DNA from: an uncultured delta proteobacterium
Lineage (GTDB): Bacteria; Desulfobacterota; Desulfobacteria; Desulfobacterales; B30-G6
Assembly: GCA_963848165.1 (NCBI GenBank)
Contig: CAWKCS010000025.1
Coordinates: 28,151-92,150 of the forward strand
DNA length: 64,000 bases
Reading direction: 5' to 3'
This document shows, piece after piece, positions 31,840 through 40,426 of the stretch; position 1 is the stretch's first letter, and each line of letters begins with the position of its first letter. A model generated the notes under the pieces. That model was not told where the DNA came from. It saw only the letters and a list, made by a program, of their open reading frames with translations, and did not search any database. A program made the position numbers and the translations under genes.

Positions 31840-32075
31840 AGAAAAGAGTTAAAAGACTTCACAAGAATTTAAACCGGGTGAACGAAAATCTAAAACCCTT
31901 GTGGCAAAAAAAGTATCTGGAATTGTATATTGATTTTAAAAAGCAATTCAGGAAATTCAATCATTTTCCAGATTGCTGCGGGATTTTATTTCCTGAATGT
32001 TGACGACGGCCACTTTCGCCAATTCATAGATAATGCATCCCGATTGCACAACTGCAGTTACGGCTTCTAAAATTC

Positions 32076-32798
32076 ATGAAAAAAATACTTGTACTGGGTG
32101 ATATTCATGCAAATTATCCGGCATTGCAAGCGATATGGGGCTATGTCCGGAAATACCGGTTCGATCGGATCATTAACACGGGCGATTTAACCGTATACAG
32201 CACTTTCCCCAATGAAACGATCCAATGGCTCCGCAAGAGAAAGAAATCTGTCTCTATATTGGGGAATACGGACCGAAGGGTATTAAGAATCTTAAAAGGC
32301 AAAAAATTGAAAAGACCCAAGAAAGAAGAAAAACGGGTCATGTATTATTGGACATCGGAAAACCTGCTTCCGGAAAATGCAGTGTATTTGAAGTCTTTAC
32401 CCGGACAAATCGATCTGACCATTGGCAATATCCGTATTGGTGTGTTCCATGGAACTTGCGATGACGAGGCTGAAACTCTGTTTCCAAGCGCCCCTGAAAG
32501 CCGCTTTCGCGAGCTGGCAGCGGGCTCTCCCTTTCAGATTCATATCATGGGTCATTCTCATACACCCTATCATAAAATAATCGACGGGGTTCATTTTATC
32601 AATCCGGGGAGTGTGGGACGAATGTTCGATGGAGATCCGCGAACGGCTTTTGCAATTCTCAAGCTCTCTTCAGGAAAGATAGCCGTTAAGCATTTCCGCA
32701 TCCCCTATCCGGTGGAAGCGGTGATTCAAGGGCTGAAACAAAACCGTCTGCCGGATATCTATGAAAAAATGTTCCGCATGGGGAGGAAACTAAATTAA
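32076..32798 (+). CDS. metallophosphoesterase (calcineurin-like, YfcE/MJ0936-type)
   Basis: 240 aa with the motifs LGDIHAN, GDL, GNTD, HGT, GHSHTPY and NPGSVG. Confidence 0.85.
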   Translation: MKKILVLGDIHANYPALQAIWGYVRKYRFDRIINTGDLTVYSTFPNETIQWLRKRKKSVSILGNTDRRVLRILKGKKLKRPKKEEKRVMYYWTSENLLPENAVYLKSLPGQIDLTIGNIRIGVFHGTCDDEAETLFPSAPESRFRELAAGSPFQIHIMGHSHTPYHKIIDGVHFINPGSVGRMFDGDPRTAFAILKLSSGKIAVKHFRIPYPVEAVIQGLKQNRLPDIYEKMFRMGRKLN

Positions 32799-32807
32799 TC
32801 GGAAAGA

Positions 32808-32912
32808 TTATACCGCTTGTCATAATAATGTTCCGAAAATAGGATGGCGGCATAAGGCGTTGTAGCAGAAAAAAGGTCCTCAATCGGAACGTTTTTCTGA
32901 CAACCCCTATAA
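32808..32912 (+). repeat. 105-bp direct repeat, copy 1
   Basis: Identical to 39222-39326 except for one base (32858 c versus 39272 g). It contains an imperfect hairpin gg(c/g)gttgt(ag)cagaaaaa…tttttctgacaacccc. Confidence 0.9.
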
Positions 32913-32942
32913 CATTGGATCGAAAATCTCAAAAATTCCTGT

Positions 32943-33236
32943 CTATCGAGTTAACTCCTCGTAGATATCGTAAAAAGTCTTTTCTCCGATCAGAGAATCC
33001 ACCTTGCCTTGAATATCTCTTCTTTCTTTGCTGTGCAGCCATTTCTTCCAGTCTTCGGCTGTCTCCCACTTGCTTATAACCAGGAAAGCTGCGGGATCTT
33101 CAAGGTTTCTTAATGTCTCGCCTGAAATATATCCGGGTTGTTCTTTTGCGCGGGAATGCAGCTCTTCGAAAAGCGGCAAAAGGTCTTCCGGCTTATAGAC
33201 TTTCCATTTGCGCTTAATCATAACGTAAACAGGCAT
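32943..33236 (-). CDS. antibiotic-biosynthesis-monooxygenase (ABM/Dabb-fold) domain protein
   Basis: The likely start is MPVYVMIKRKW at 33236, preceded by AGGAGGG. …GYISGETLRNLEDPAAFLVISKWETAEDWKKW… is typical of the ABM fold. The ORF-track ORF extends to 33281. Confidence 0.6.
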   Translation of the reverse strand: MPVYVMIKRKWKVYKPEDLLPLFEELHSRAKEQPGYISGETLRNLEDPAAFLVISKWETAEDWKKWLHSKERRDIQGKVDSLIGEKTFYDIYEELTR

Positions 33237-33297
33237 TAATCCCTCCTTGTAAATTAAAATCTTAATACGTTGCGGAACCAAAGCACACTAAAAAATA

Positions 33298-34152
33298 TTA
33301 TCCGGGCAATTCATCGCCCGTCATGAGATGATCTTCCATGAATCTGATTTCATCAATGCCCGATATCACGATCTCAGGATCTATCAGGAGTTCTTCCGGG
33401 GGGACTTTGCCTTTATAATCGACTTTGGACAGAATATGTTTGATACAGTTGAGTCGTGCCTTTTTCTTGTTGTCGGATCGGATAATCGTCCAGGGAGAAA
33501 TGGTTCGGTTGGTTTCATTGAGCATCTGAAACTTTCTTAGGGTGTAATCATCCCACCTTTCCTGTGCCTCTCTGTCCACCGGAGAGATTTTATACTGTTT
33601 CAACGGGCTCGTCTCTCTCCCAATAAACCGGCGCAGCTGCTCCTTCTTGGAAACAGAGAAAAAGAACTTGAATAAAACAATTCCGTTCTTTACCAGCATT
33701 GATTCAAGCATCGGTACATCTTTCAAAAAACGCTTATTCTCTTCATCCGTGCAGAAACCCATTGTCGGTTCAACCATGGCGCGGTTGTACCAGCTGCGGT
33801 CGAATAGGACAATTTCTCCGGCGGACGGGAGGTGTTGGATATATCTTTGGAAATACCATTCGGTGCGTTCCCTGTCGCTGGGCTTTAAAAGGGCGACAAC
33901 CCGGGCGCCCCGTGGATTCAAATGTTCGACAATCCTCTTGATCGTGCCTCCTTTTCCGGCGGCATCCCGCCCTTCAAACAACATCAAGACGCGTTCCTCG
34001 TTGGCAATGACATGCTTTTGCCATTTCAAAAGTTCGATCTGCAGCTTGTTCAGCCCCTCTTCGTATTCGAGGGTGAATTTTTTTACCCAAATCGCCTTCC
34101 GTCCTTTTGATTTTTTCTTATTAACATTTTTAAAGCTGGTGTGTTCGGTCAA
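33298..34152 (-). CDS. ppk2: polyphosphate kinase 2 (PPK2 family), copy A
   Basis: …VLMLFEGRDAAGKGGTIKRIVEHLNPRGARVVAL… …FDRSWYNRAMVEPTMGFC… are PPK2 Walker A and lid motifs. The ORF-track start is a TTG. Confidence 0.9.
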   Translation of the reverse strand: MTEHTSFKNVNKKKSKGRKAIWVKKFTLEYEEGLNKLQIELLKWQKHVIANEERVLMLFEGRDAAGKGGTIKRIVEHLNPRGARVVALLKPSDRERTEWYFQRYIQHLPSAGEIVLFDRSWYNRAMVEPTMGFCTDEENKRFLKDVPMLESMLVKNGIVLFKFFFSVSKKEQLRRFIGRETSPLKQYKISPVDREAQERWDDYTLRKFQMLNETNRTISPWTIIRSDNKKKARLNCIKHILSKVDYKGKVPPEELLIDPEIVISGIDEIRFMEDHLMTGDELPG

Positions 34153-34298
34153 TTTCTTCTTTTTCTTTTTTCTTTTTTCTTGCCTTCTTCCTTTGCTTTC
34201 CTATCGGCCTTAGAAGTCTTTTCCGCGGATTTCACTGCAGCTTTAGACTCTACGCCTTTAGCTTTCTTTTTGTTTTTTTCCGCCTTTTCTTTAGCCAT
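34149..34298 (-). CDS. Lys-rich 49-codon ORF, either a separate mini-protein or the frame-shifted N-terminal tail of PPK2 copy A
   Basis: My translation is MAKEKAEKNKKKAKGVESKAAVKSAEKTSKADRKAKEEGKKKEKRKRRN*. The ATG at 34298-34296 is preceded by AAAGGGGA. The stop TGA (34151-34149) overlaps the PPK2 TTG start (34152-34150) by 2 nt inside an A-rich run. Confidence 0.45.
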   Translation of the reverse strand: MAKEKAEKNKKKAKGVESKAAVKSAEKTSKADRKAKEEGKKKEKRKRRN

Positions 34299-34351
34299 CT
34301 AATCCCCTTTTTCTTATATAACATCCATTCAGGTTTGAAAATATTCAGAAA

Positions 34352-35326
34352 TCATATCATTGATCTGCCGTATTTTTTTCGCTGCGTTTTCATTTCCTTC
34401 AATTCTTTGTTCCCAGGTATTACAATCGTTGGGTCCAAGGCTAAATCGAGTTTTCGGCTTCTGCCTTTATATCGCACTGAATTGAGAATCAGCTTCATGG
34501 TTTCCCTTCGGGCCAGATGCTTATTGTCGGATCGAATCACCCACCATGGCGATTTTTTCGTGTGAGTTTTTTTCAACAACATGAGCTTCTTTTCAGTGAA
34601 TTCATCCCACAGTTCCTGGGCCTGCAAGTCCACCTCGGAAAGTTTCCATTGTCGAAGCGGGTCGTTTTTTCTGCGATCAAATCGCCTTTTCTGCTCCTCC
34701 TTGGTTACTGAAAAGTAGAGTTTAATCAATATGGTCTTGCCGGCATCTTCGAGAAAATTTTGTTCGTAAGTAATGACCTTCTTCATGAAACGCCTATATT
34801 GCGCCTTAGTACAAAACCCCATCACCGGTTCGACCAAAGCCCGGTTGTACCAGCTTCTGTCAAATAAAACGATCTCTCCGGCATGTGGGAATTGTTCGAT
34901 ATACCGCTTGATATGGAGTTCTGTTTTTTGCTGCTCGCTCGGTTTGCCCAAGGCGACGACCCGATATCTTTTTGTATTCATATACCGGATAATTCGTCGA
35001 ATCGTCCCACCTTTGCCGGAGGCGTCCCGGCCGTCAAAAAGAATGACCATCTTTTTACCGGTATTTTCCAGATGGCGTTGTAGCTTGATGAGTTCCGCCT
35101 GATACGGTTTCAACTCCTCTGAACGGTAATGTTTTTCCAATGCCTCCTTGATGATTTCTTCTTTTTCTTTCTTTTGGGAAAGCTTCGGGATCTTTAGAAC
35201 CGGCTTTTTAGAATCGACGGATTTGATTTTCGAATCGACTTTTTTCACGATTCCTTTCCCCGGTGCGTTCAAATCGCCGGCTCTTTTTTCCGATTCTTTT
35301 TGCTTGTCTTTCTCCTCAGTTTTCAT
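34352..35326 (-). CDS. ppk2: polyphosphate kinase 2 (PPK2 family), copy B, with Lys-rich N-terminal extension
   Basis: …MVILFDGRDASGKGGTIRRIIRYMNTKRYRVVAL… …FDRSWYNRALVEPVMGFC…. The likely start is MKTEEKDKQKE at 35326; the ORF-track ORF extends to 35404. Confidence 0.9.
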   Translation of the reverse strand: MKTEEKDKQKESEKRAGDLNAPGKGIVKKVDSKIKSVDSKKPVLKIPKLSQKKEKEEIIKEALEKHYRSEELKPYQAELIKLQRHLENTGKKMVILFDGRDASGKGGTIRRIIRYMNTKRYRVVALGKPSEQQKTELHIKRYIEQFPHAGEIVLFDRSWYNRALVEPVMGFCTKAQYRRFMKKVITYEQNFLEDAGKTILIKLYFSVTKEEQKRRFDRRKNDPLRQWKLSEVDLQAQELWDEFTEKKLMLLKKTHTKKSPWWVIRSDNKHLARRETMKLILNSVRYKGRSRKLDLALDPTIVIPGNKELKEMKTQRKKYGRSMI

Positions 35327-35420
35327 AGTTGATCCCAGACGTATCGTTTTCAATATCTTTATTGAAATATTTTGCAGCCCCGTAACCAAAGGCCGTGGCC
35401 TCAATTCGGGGCTGCATGGT

Positions 35421-35573
35421 CTTTTTTATTTCTTTTTCTTTTTTCCCTTTTTCTTCGCTTTTTTCTTTTCTTTCTTTTTCTCTACCTTTTTCTTTTCTTT
35501 CTTTTTCTTTTTTCCCTTTTTCTCCGCCTTATTCTTTTCTTTCTTTTTTTCCTTTTTATCTTTCTTTTTCTCT
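35421..35573. repeat. Polypyrimidine/polypurine mirror-like tract with an internal 69-nt-period repeat
   Basis: On the + strand about 153 nt contain only ~6 purines. ctttttcttttttccctttttct occurs at 35432-35454 and again at 35501-35523. Confidence 0.85.
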
Positions 35574-35653
35574 GCTGTTACCCCTTCGCCTTTTTTTTCT
35601 TCTTTGGCTTCCTCTTCGGGTTTAGCTTTTTCGAGCTTTTTTTCTTTTGCCAT
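35426..35653 (-). CDS. 75-aa extremely Lys/Glu-rich protein (histone-H1/AlgP-like composition)
   Basis: MAKEKKLEKAKPEEEAKEEKKGEGVTAEKKKDKKEKKKEKNKAEKKGKKKKKEKKKVEKKKEKKKAKKKGKKKKK. AAGGAGAG lies 5 nt upstream of the ATG. There is no recognisable domain. Confidence 0.55.
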   Translation of the reverse strand: MAKEKKLEKAKPEEEAKEEKKGEGVTAEKKKDKKEKKKEKNKAEKKGKKKKKEKKKVEKKKEKKKAKKKGKKKKK

Positions 35654-35802
35654 GGGACTCTCCTTTCTTTAAAGTTTTCAATTCCTCATAGTTTGCTGTG
35701 GAATTAGAAAATATTGAGATTGGCTGTTTTATCGAGATTGATAAAGCATGTCTCTTAGGAAACTAAAAACCGGATTTACTTTATATAGCTAAAGAAATTC
35801 TA

Positions 35803-35964
35803 CTATAATGACACGGGTTTGTGCAACCACTTTTTCTTGTCAGCCACCCTGCCGCATTTTTTACATACAAATTTCGGATCACTAACTATCGTTATATATT
35901 TATCAAATTTTTCGGATATTTCATCTTCCTTCCACTTGCACAGACGTTTTTCCTTTTTAGCCAT
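35803..35964 (-). CDS. 53-aa hypothetical protein with CxxC motif
   Basis: The likely start is MAKKEKRLCKWKEDEISEKFDKYITIVSDPKFVCKKCGRVADKKKWLHKPVSL, with the ATG at 35964 preceded by GGAAGAGGGAGAA. The ORF-track ORF extends to 36063. Function is unknown. Confidence 0.45.
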   Translation of the reverse strand: MAKKEKRLCKWKEDEISEKFDKYITIVSDPKFVCKKCGRVADKKKWLHKPVSL

Positions 35965-36154
35965 GGTGTTCTCCCTCTTCCGAAATGAATTCAAGAATTT
36001 CATGAAATCCGGATCGTTTTTACGTTGGGATATAGGGACGTATATCAGATCATAAGATTCCATAAAGTTCCAGCAAATGTTGGCATTTCTTATTATTTGA
36101 CGAATCTATCAAGCAAGATATCTTCGACATTCCTTCTTGAATCAATAGATGAAG

Positions 36155-37153
36155 TTATCCAGATGCCTCCTGGCACTCGTCTGCCCAAGCAAATAACTCA
36201 GGAGTGCCGCCGGTATGCCAGAACAACACCGTGTGGTTTTTTGTAAAATAGCCCTTTTGAATCAGGTCCAGAAACCCGCCCATGGCCCGCGCTGTGTACA
36301 CCGGTCCCAAAAGGATCCCTTCATGAAGTGAGAGATCTCTAATAGCATCGAATTCCAGATCCCCAGGCATAGCATACCCTGCCCCCAGATAGTCACAATT
36401 AAGAGAAAAATCCGATTCCGTCATCCGGATGGCAGACCCGATTCTTTCAGCCGTGGCATTGGCAATCTTGGCCAGAACTGGAGCAAATGGTTCATCGCCG
36501 GTTATTTTTTGATCAATGCTGATGCCAAGAACCTGACCCTTAAAGTTTATGATCTTTGCTCCTAATGTCAGACCGGCCTGGGTCCCTCCGGAGCTTGTTG
36601 CAAAAACGATTGCATCCAGCTGGATGTGCATGTCTTTCAACTGGGTTTCAAGTTCTAGCATAGCATTGACATATCCAGCAGACCCTATGCTGTTAGATCC
36701 ACCAACAGGTATTACATAGGGTTTCTTTCCGGCAGCTGCAAGATCTTCAGCAACCTGGTTTAACCTACTATCCCTGTCTTTTCTATCACAGTAATGTATA
36801 TTGGCCCCAAATATTCTATCCAGTAAAAGGTTACCATTAAGGCTCTCCGGCTTTATCCCGTTTAAGACCAAATGGCATGACAGGCCCGCTTTTCTTGCTG
36901 CAGCTGCTGTCAGGCGGCAGTGGTTGGACTGTAGTCCCCCGGCGGTAACCAACGTGTCTTTATCCTGTTTCAGGGCTTCACCAATGAGAAATTCAAGCTT
37001 CCGGGTTTTATTTCCACCCATACCAAGGGAAGTTATATCATCCCTTTTCATAAATATTTCAGGGCCATTGCAGGCATGTGAAAATGATTCAAGCGTATGA
37101 ATCGGCGTTGGGAATTCAGCCAGATGAAACCGGGGCAACGTTTCTAAAATCAT
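36155..37153 (-). CDS. dcyD: D-cysteine desulfhydrase / ACC-deaminase family PLP enzyme
   Basis: 332 aa (…FPTPIHTLE… …KRDDITSLGMGGNKTRKLEFLIGEAL… …GGLQSNHCR…), typical of this family. Confidence 0.8.
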   Translation of the reverse strand: MILETLPRFHLAEFPTPIHTLESFSHACNGPEIFMKRDDITSLGMGGNKTRKLEFLIGEALKQDKDTLVTAGGLQSNHCRLTAAAARKAGLSCHLVLNGIKPESLNGNLLLDRIFGANIHYCDRKDRDSRLNQVAEDLAAAGKKPYVIPVGGSNSIGSAGYVNAMLELETQLKDMHIQLDAIVFATSSGGTQAGLTLGAKIINFKGQVLGISIDQKITGDEPFAPVLAKIANATAERIGSAIRMTESDFSLNCDYLGAGYAMPGDLEFDAIRDLSLHEGILLGPVYTARAMGGFLDLIQKGYFTKNHTVLFWHTGGTPELFAWADECQEASG

Positions 37154-37219
37154 AAAAACAATCCTTTTAGTTCAGAATATATCCAATTTTTATGGGAGAA
37201 ACTTCCATAAATTGCTATC

Positions 37220-37858
37220 CTATTCCTGTTTCAGGCTACGGACCGGAAGAACATGACCAGCACGATTATTGATACCATCGTAACAAGTGGTTCCTGATTC
37301 GATATATACTATCCAGGCCAATGAAGAACAACTCTCAAGCGTTGTCGCGGACCAATGGTAACCTGAAGGAATATTCAAAAATAAATGGTCGTCGGGTAAA
37401 GCAGGGGCTCTTCTGCTAAAATCGATCAGAGTGCATAGTTCATCCATTGTCGGCAGACGCCAGTCGCCGGCCGATGACCTGTCAGCAAGGAGGAGCTCGG
37501 GATTCGGTCCACAGTCACCATCTTTGAGACTTTTTGCTGCCAGGATAGCATTTTCCCAATTCATCATCCCGAAACAATTTGCATTTTTTAGCCAGATGAG
37601 CCCGGTCAGTTTATCGGTAAAGGTACCGTCATTATTATCTGTAAAACGAGAAATGGGGATGGGTTGGTTCAGCAGAAGTTCTGCATACTGTCGTTTAAAT
37701 TCACAGGGAACAACATCCCCTCTCCAGTCATAGCAGGTTGAATTATGCGGGTTAACTATTCCGGCTAATGTATCATCATTTGAATGACCCCGGCAGCAGA
37801 CCATACTCACCAGCATGAATGCCAAAGCAAAATATATGGGTGTCTTCACCATCTTCAT
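37220..37858 (-). CDS. DUF1566 (Lcl C-terminal domain) secreted protein
   Basis: …DNNDGTFTDKLTGLIWLKNAN… …DWRLPTMDELCTL… …YHWSATT…AWIVYIESG… is the DUF1566 pattern. A likely signal peptide starts at MKMVKTPIYFALAFMLVSMVCC (37858). The ORF-track ORF extends to 37978. Confidence 0.7.
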   Translation of the reverse strand: MKMVKTPIYFALAFMLVSMVCCRGHSNDDTLAGIVNPHNSTCYDWRGDVVPCEFKRQYAELLLNQPIPISRFTDNNDGTFTDKLTGLIWLKNANCFGMMNWENAILAAKSLKDGDCGPNPELLLADRSSAGDWRLPTMDELCTLIDFSRRAPALPDDHLFLNIPSGYHWSATTLESCSSLAWIVYIESGTTCYDGINNRAGHVLPVRSLKQE

Positions 37859-38013
37859 CCTGGCCAGGAAGACCTTGATATGAATGCCAGCTCGCTTAGC
37901 CATGCTCCCTGATCGCTGCGTTTGGAACAGGTTTAGCTTCAGGGCCATTGCAGAATCAAATCTCTTGTGGCAGCCCATCTACAAGGACGAGCAGCACAGC
38001 GAATAATATTCCC

Positions 38014-39204
38014 TTAAGTAGCTATCCGCTCAAAAGTATCCGTTACGTTAATGCCTCTTGTTTTCAGTTCGGCTATAAAAAGATCAGGAGGGATGTCTTT
38101 GGCCGGTGAAAGAACTCCCCTTTTCTCTATTTTTCCTTTCACAATCATGTTCGCGGCGATACAGGCAGGATAGGCTACACCCATACTCATGGCCATCAAT
38201 CCGGTATTCAGATCTCTTTCAATTGAAAGAGAACACGTCATTAATATCCGCTCGCCATCTTTCAGGCCTTCAAACACATTCAACATCACTGCTAAATCTT
38301 TTTCATCCTTTTTGTATTGCAGTTGCGGCGCCAGCAGTTTGGCCACAAACTCGTTTGGCGTTAACGCACAGGGCAGACCCTTTACCGGTTTGTCACTTAA
38401 AAAACCAAGCTGTTTCATCGGTTTCCAAAAATCACACCAGCCCGGCCATCGAAGCGAATACCTGCCGGTTTCAATAATTTTCTCTTCAATATTCAGCAAT
38501 CCGCAAAAATAGGCTGCATTCCCATTGGGGATGGCTTCCAACCTGCCAAGGCCTGGAAATTCAATTTGATGTATGAATTCGTTGTCGTGCTGATGGGCAG
38601 CGGGGATCTGTATGGACTTGCGGTCCTTTACCAGGGTCGCATCCCTGTTCTGGCTTTTCAATACCGCATCAAAATTCCAACTGACCTTGTAATTAATGGG
38701 ATTGTCACAGGCTGTTTTTTCCGGAATACCCCCGCAATAGGAATTGATTTTGTACACCTCGTCGAAATGCATCAGACCATGCTGGTAGATGACAAGGTCG
38801 ATGCCCGGATCAAGCCCACATTCCGGCACAATGGCAATACCTTTTTCTTTTGCTTTTGTATCGAGGTCGAGGATATCGTATGCATAGTTGGTATTGACAA
38901 GATGAACCCCACTAGTAATCGCAGTCTCTGCAACGGCCCGAATACATTGTGGTGGCAAAAAATCAAGAACGACATCATAATTATTGCCCATGATGGATGC
39001 CAGTGCGTTGGGGTCATTGGCATCCAACCCAACAGGTTGAATTTTGGCCGTGTCTAAAAAGTCAAAGGAATGAAGGAGTTCAGGCTGAATATCAGCGCAG
39101 GTTACCCGGTTAACACTTGAGTTACGTGACAAATCGTATAGTGCCGCTCTTCCTTGAATACCACAACCACCTAAAACGAGCACATTCATTGGTTTTAACT
39201 CCAA
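38014..39204 (-). CDS. saccharopine dehydrogenase-family NAD(P)-binding protein
   Basis: 396 aa with an N-terminal Rossmann motif (MNVLVLGGCGIQGRAALYDL). Its length and C-terminal region are consistent with saccharopine dehydrogenase-like enzymes. Confidence 0.6.
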   Translation of the reverse strand: MELKPMNVLVLGGCGIQGRAALYDLSRNSSVNRVTCADIQPELLHSFDFLDTAKIQPVGLDANDPNALASIMGNNYDVVLDFLPPQCIRAVAETAITSGVHLVNTNYAYDILDLDTKAKEKGIAIVPECGLDPGIDLVIYQHGLMHFDEVYKINSYCGGIPEKTACDNPINYKVSWNFDAVLKSQNRDATLVKDRKSIQIPAAHQHDNEFIHQIEFPGLGRLEAIPNGNAAYFCGLLNIEEKIIETGRYSLRWPGWCDFWKPMKQLGFLSDKPVKGLPCALTPNEFVAKLLAPQLQYKKDEKDLAVMLNVFEGLKDGERILMTCSLSIERDLNTGLMAMSMGVAYPACIAANMIVKGKIEKRGVLSPAKDIPPDLFIAELKTRGINVTDTFERIAT

Positions 39205-39221
39205 TTAAAACCCAAATTTAT

Positions 39222-39326
39222 TTATACCGCTTGTCATAATAATGTTCCGAAAATAGGATGGCGGCATAAGGGGTTGTAGCAGAAAAAAGGTCCTCAATCG
39301 GAACGTTTTTCTGACAACCCCTATAA
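39222..39326 (+). repeat. 105-bp direct repeat, copy 2
   Basis: See 32808-32912. Same orientation, 104/105 identical. Confidence 0.9.
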
Positions 39327-39343
39327 TTATATCTGCATACTTT

Positions 39344-40426
39344 TTACGCCAACAGTTTGTCCAATTCTTTCGCAGTGAGATTTGAAAGCCCTAATGATTC
39401 CATTGTGCGCCTGGCTTCACCCAAATAATCTCGATTCATCAACAGAGAAACCAGTGTGATCACAGCCGACATAACCGGTGTCGCTACCCCGATCTGTTCC
39501 CCAAGTTTCTGGAGGAACACCAGGCCATACCCCACATCTTCATTGAAATACCGGTAATCCAGGCTGCTCTGGGCTTTGACCCCCGCAAATCCCGGCGCGG
39601 TGTTAAATCCTTTGTCATACGTGGCTTCCAGCATATAGCCCTGCATGACGCCTAATTCCGGATCGGGAATAACGTCCACGCCCAATTTTTTCCCAATGGC
39701 GATCCGTTCTTTGTCAACCGCTTCGATCAGCCTGCCAACCGCAGGCGTAACGCCCTCGTGATAAAAATCGAAATCACCCTTGGTGCGTTCGATTAATGCG
39801 ACATTCATGAGCGTAATCGCGGGATGGATGACCGGGTTGCCGTTCTGCAAGCTGGTCTGGAGTATATTCTTTGCCGCGCTCATCGTCGGATAGACATCGC
39901 GCACCTGCTCCAACACATAATTGGTCTTTTGCGCGGGAACCGCCGCCAGGAACAACCCGCCCTTGAGCTTGTTAAAAATCCTGATTTTGCCGGGTTCAAG
40001 CAGTCGTACGGCATACGGCAGGGTCGAAGTCTCTGCAACGACAATATCCTCATCCCGAAGATCCAGACCTGCGCCGTTTTTATATTCAATACTGCCGCCG
40101 CAGGAACTTGGGTTTACGATTACGATCTGCCCTCGTTTGAGGTAGGGTTTACAGGCTTCGGCAAAGGGTCTAGTGCTGTACGCCGGGCCTACGGCATATA
40201 TGATATCAGCTCCCTCCAGCGCTTTTTCAATCTCATGCCCGGCAGAGACTATCGGCTGAAATCCTTCAAGGACACCCTCGCAGTGGATGCCTCCGCTGTT
40301 TTGGACAGCCTTGATACTCACCGGAAACTGTTCAAAATCAAACAGATTGACCTGATGCCCATGGGCTGCACAGTCGAAAGCAACGGCACAGCCCCCGTTT
40401 CCCGAACCCAATACAGCGATGTTCAT
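39344..40426 (-). CDS. NAD/NADP octopine/nopaline (opine) dehydrogenase-family protein
   Basis: 360 aa. The N-terminus MNIAVLGSGNGGCAVAFDCAAHGHQVNLFD and the overall length resemble opine dehydrogenases. Confidence 0.6.
   Translation of the reverse strand: MNIAVLGSGNGGCAVAFDCAAHGHQVNLFDFEQFPVSIKAVQNSGGIHCEGVLEGFQPIVSAGHEIEKALEGADIIYAVGPAYSTRPFAEACKPYLKRGQIVIVNPSSCGGSIEYKNGAGLDLRDEDIVVAETSTLPYAVRLLEPGKIRIFNKLKGGLFLAAVPAQKTNYVLEQVRDVYPTMSAAKNILQTSLQNGNPVIHPAITLMNVALIERTKGDFDFYHEGVTPAVGRLIEAVDKERIAIGKKLGVDVIPDPELGVMQGYMLEATYDKGFNTAPGFAGVKAQSSLDYRYFNEDVGYGLVFLQKLGEQIGVATPVMSAVITLVSLLMNRDYLGEARRTMESLGLSNLTAKELDKLLA

Noticed and set aside
35148-35707. + strand ORFs (76-174 aa) rich in F/S/L across the polypyrimidine tract
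   Set aside because: They are the antisense reading of the Lys-rich coding tract (TTT/TTC/CTT codons). They have no start context. The minus-strand ORF has a good SD and a plausible biological context.
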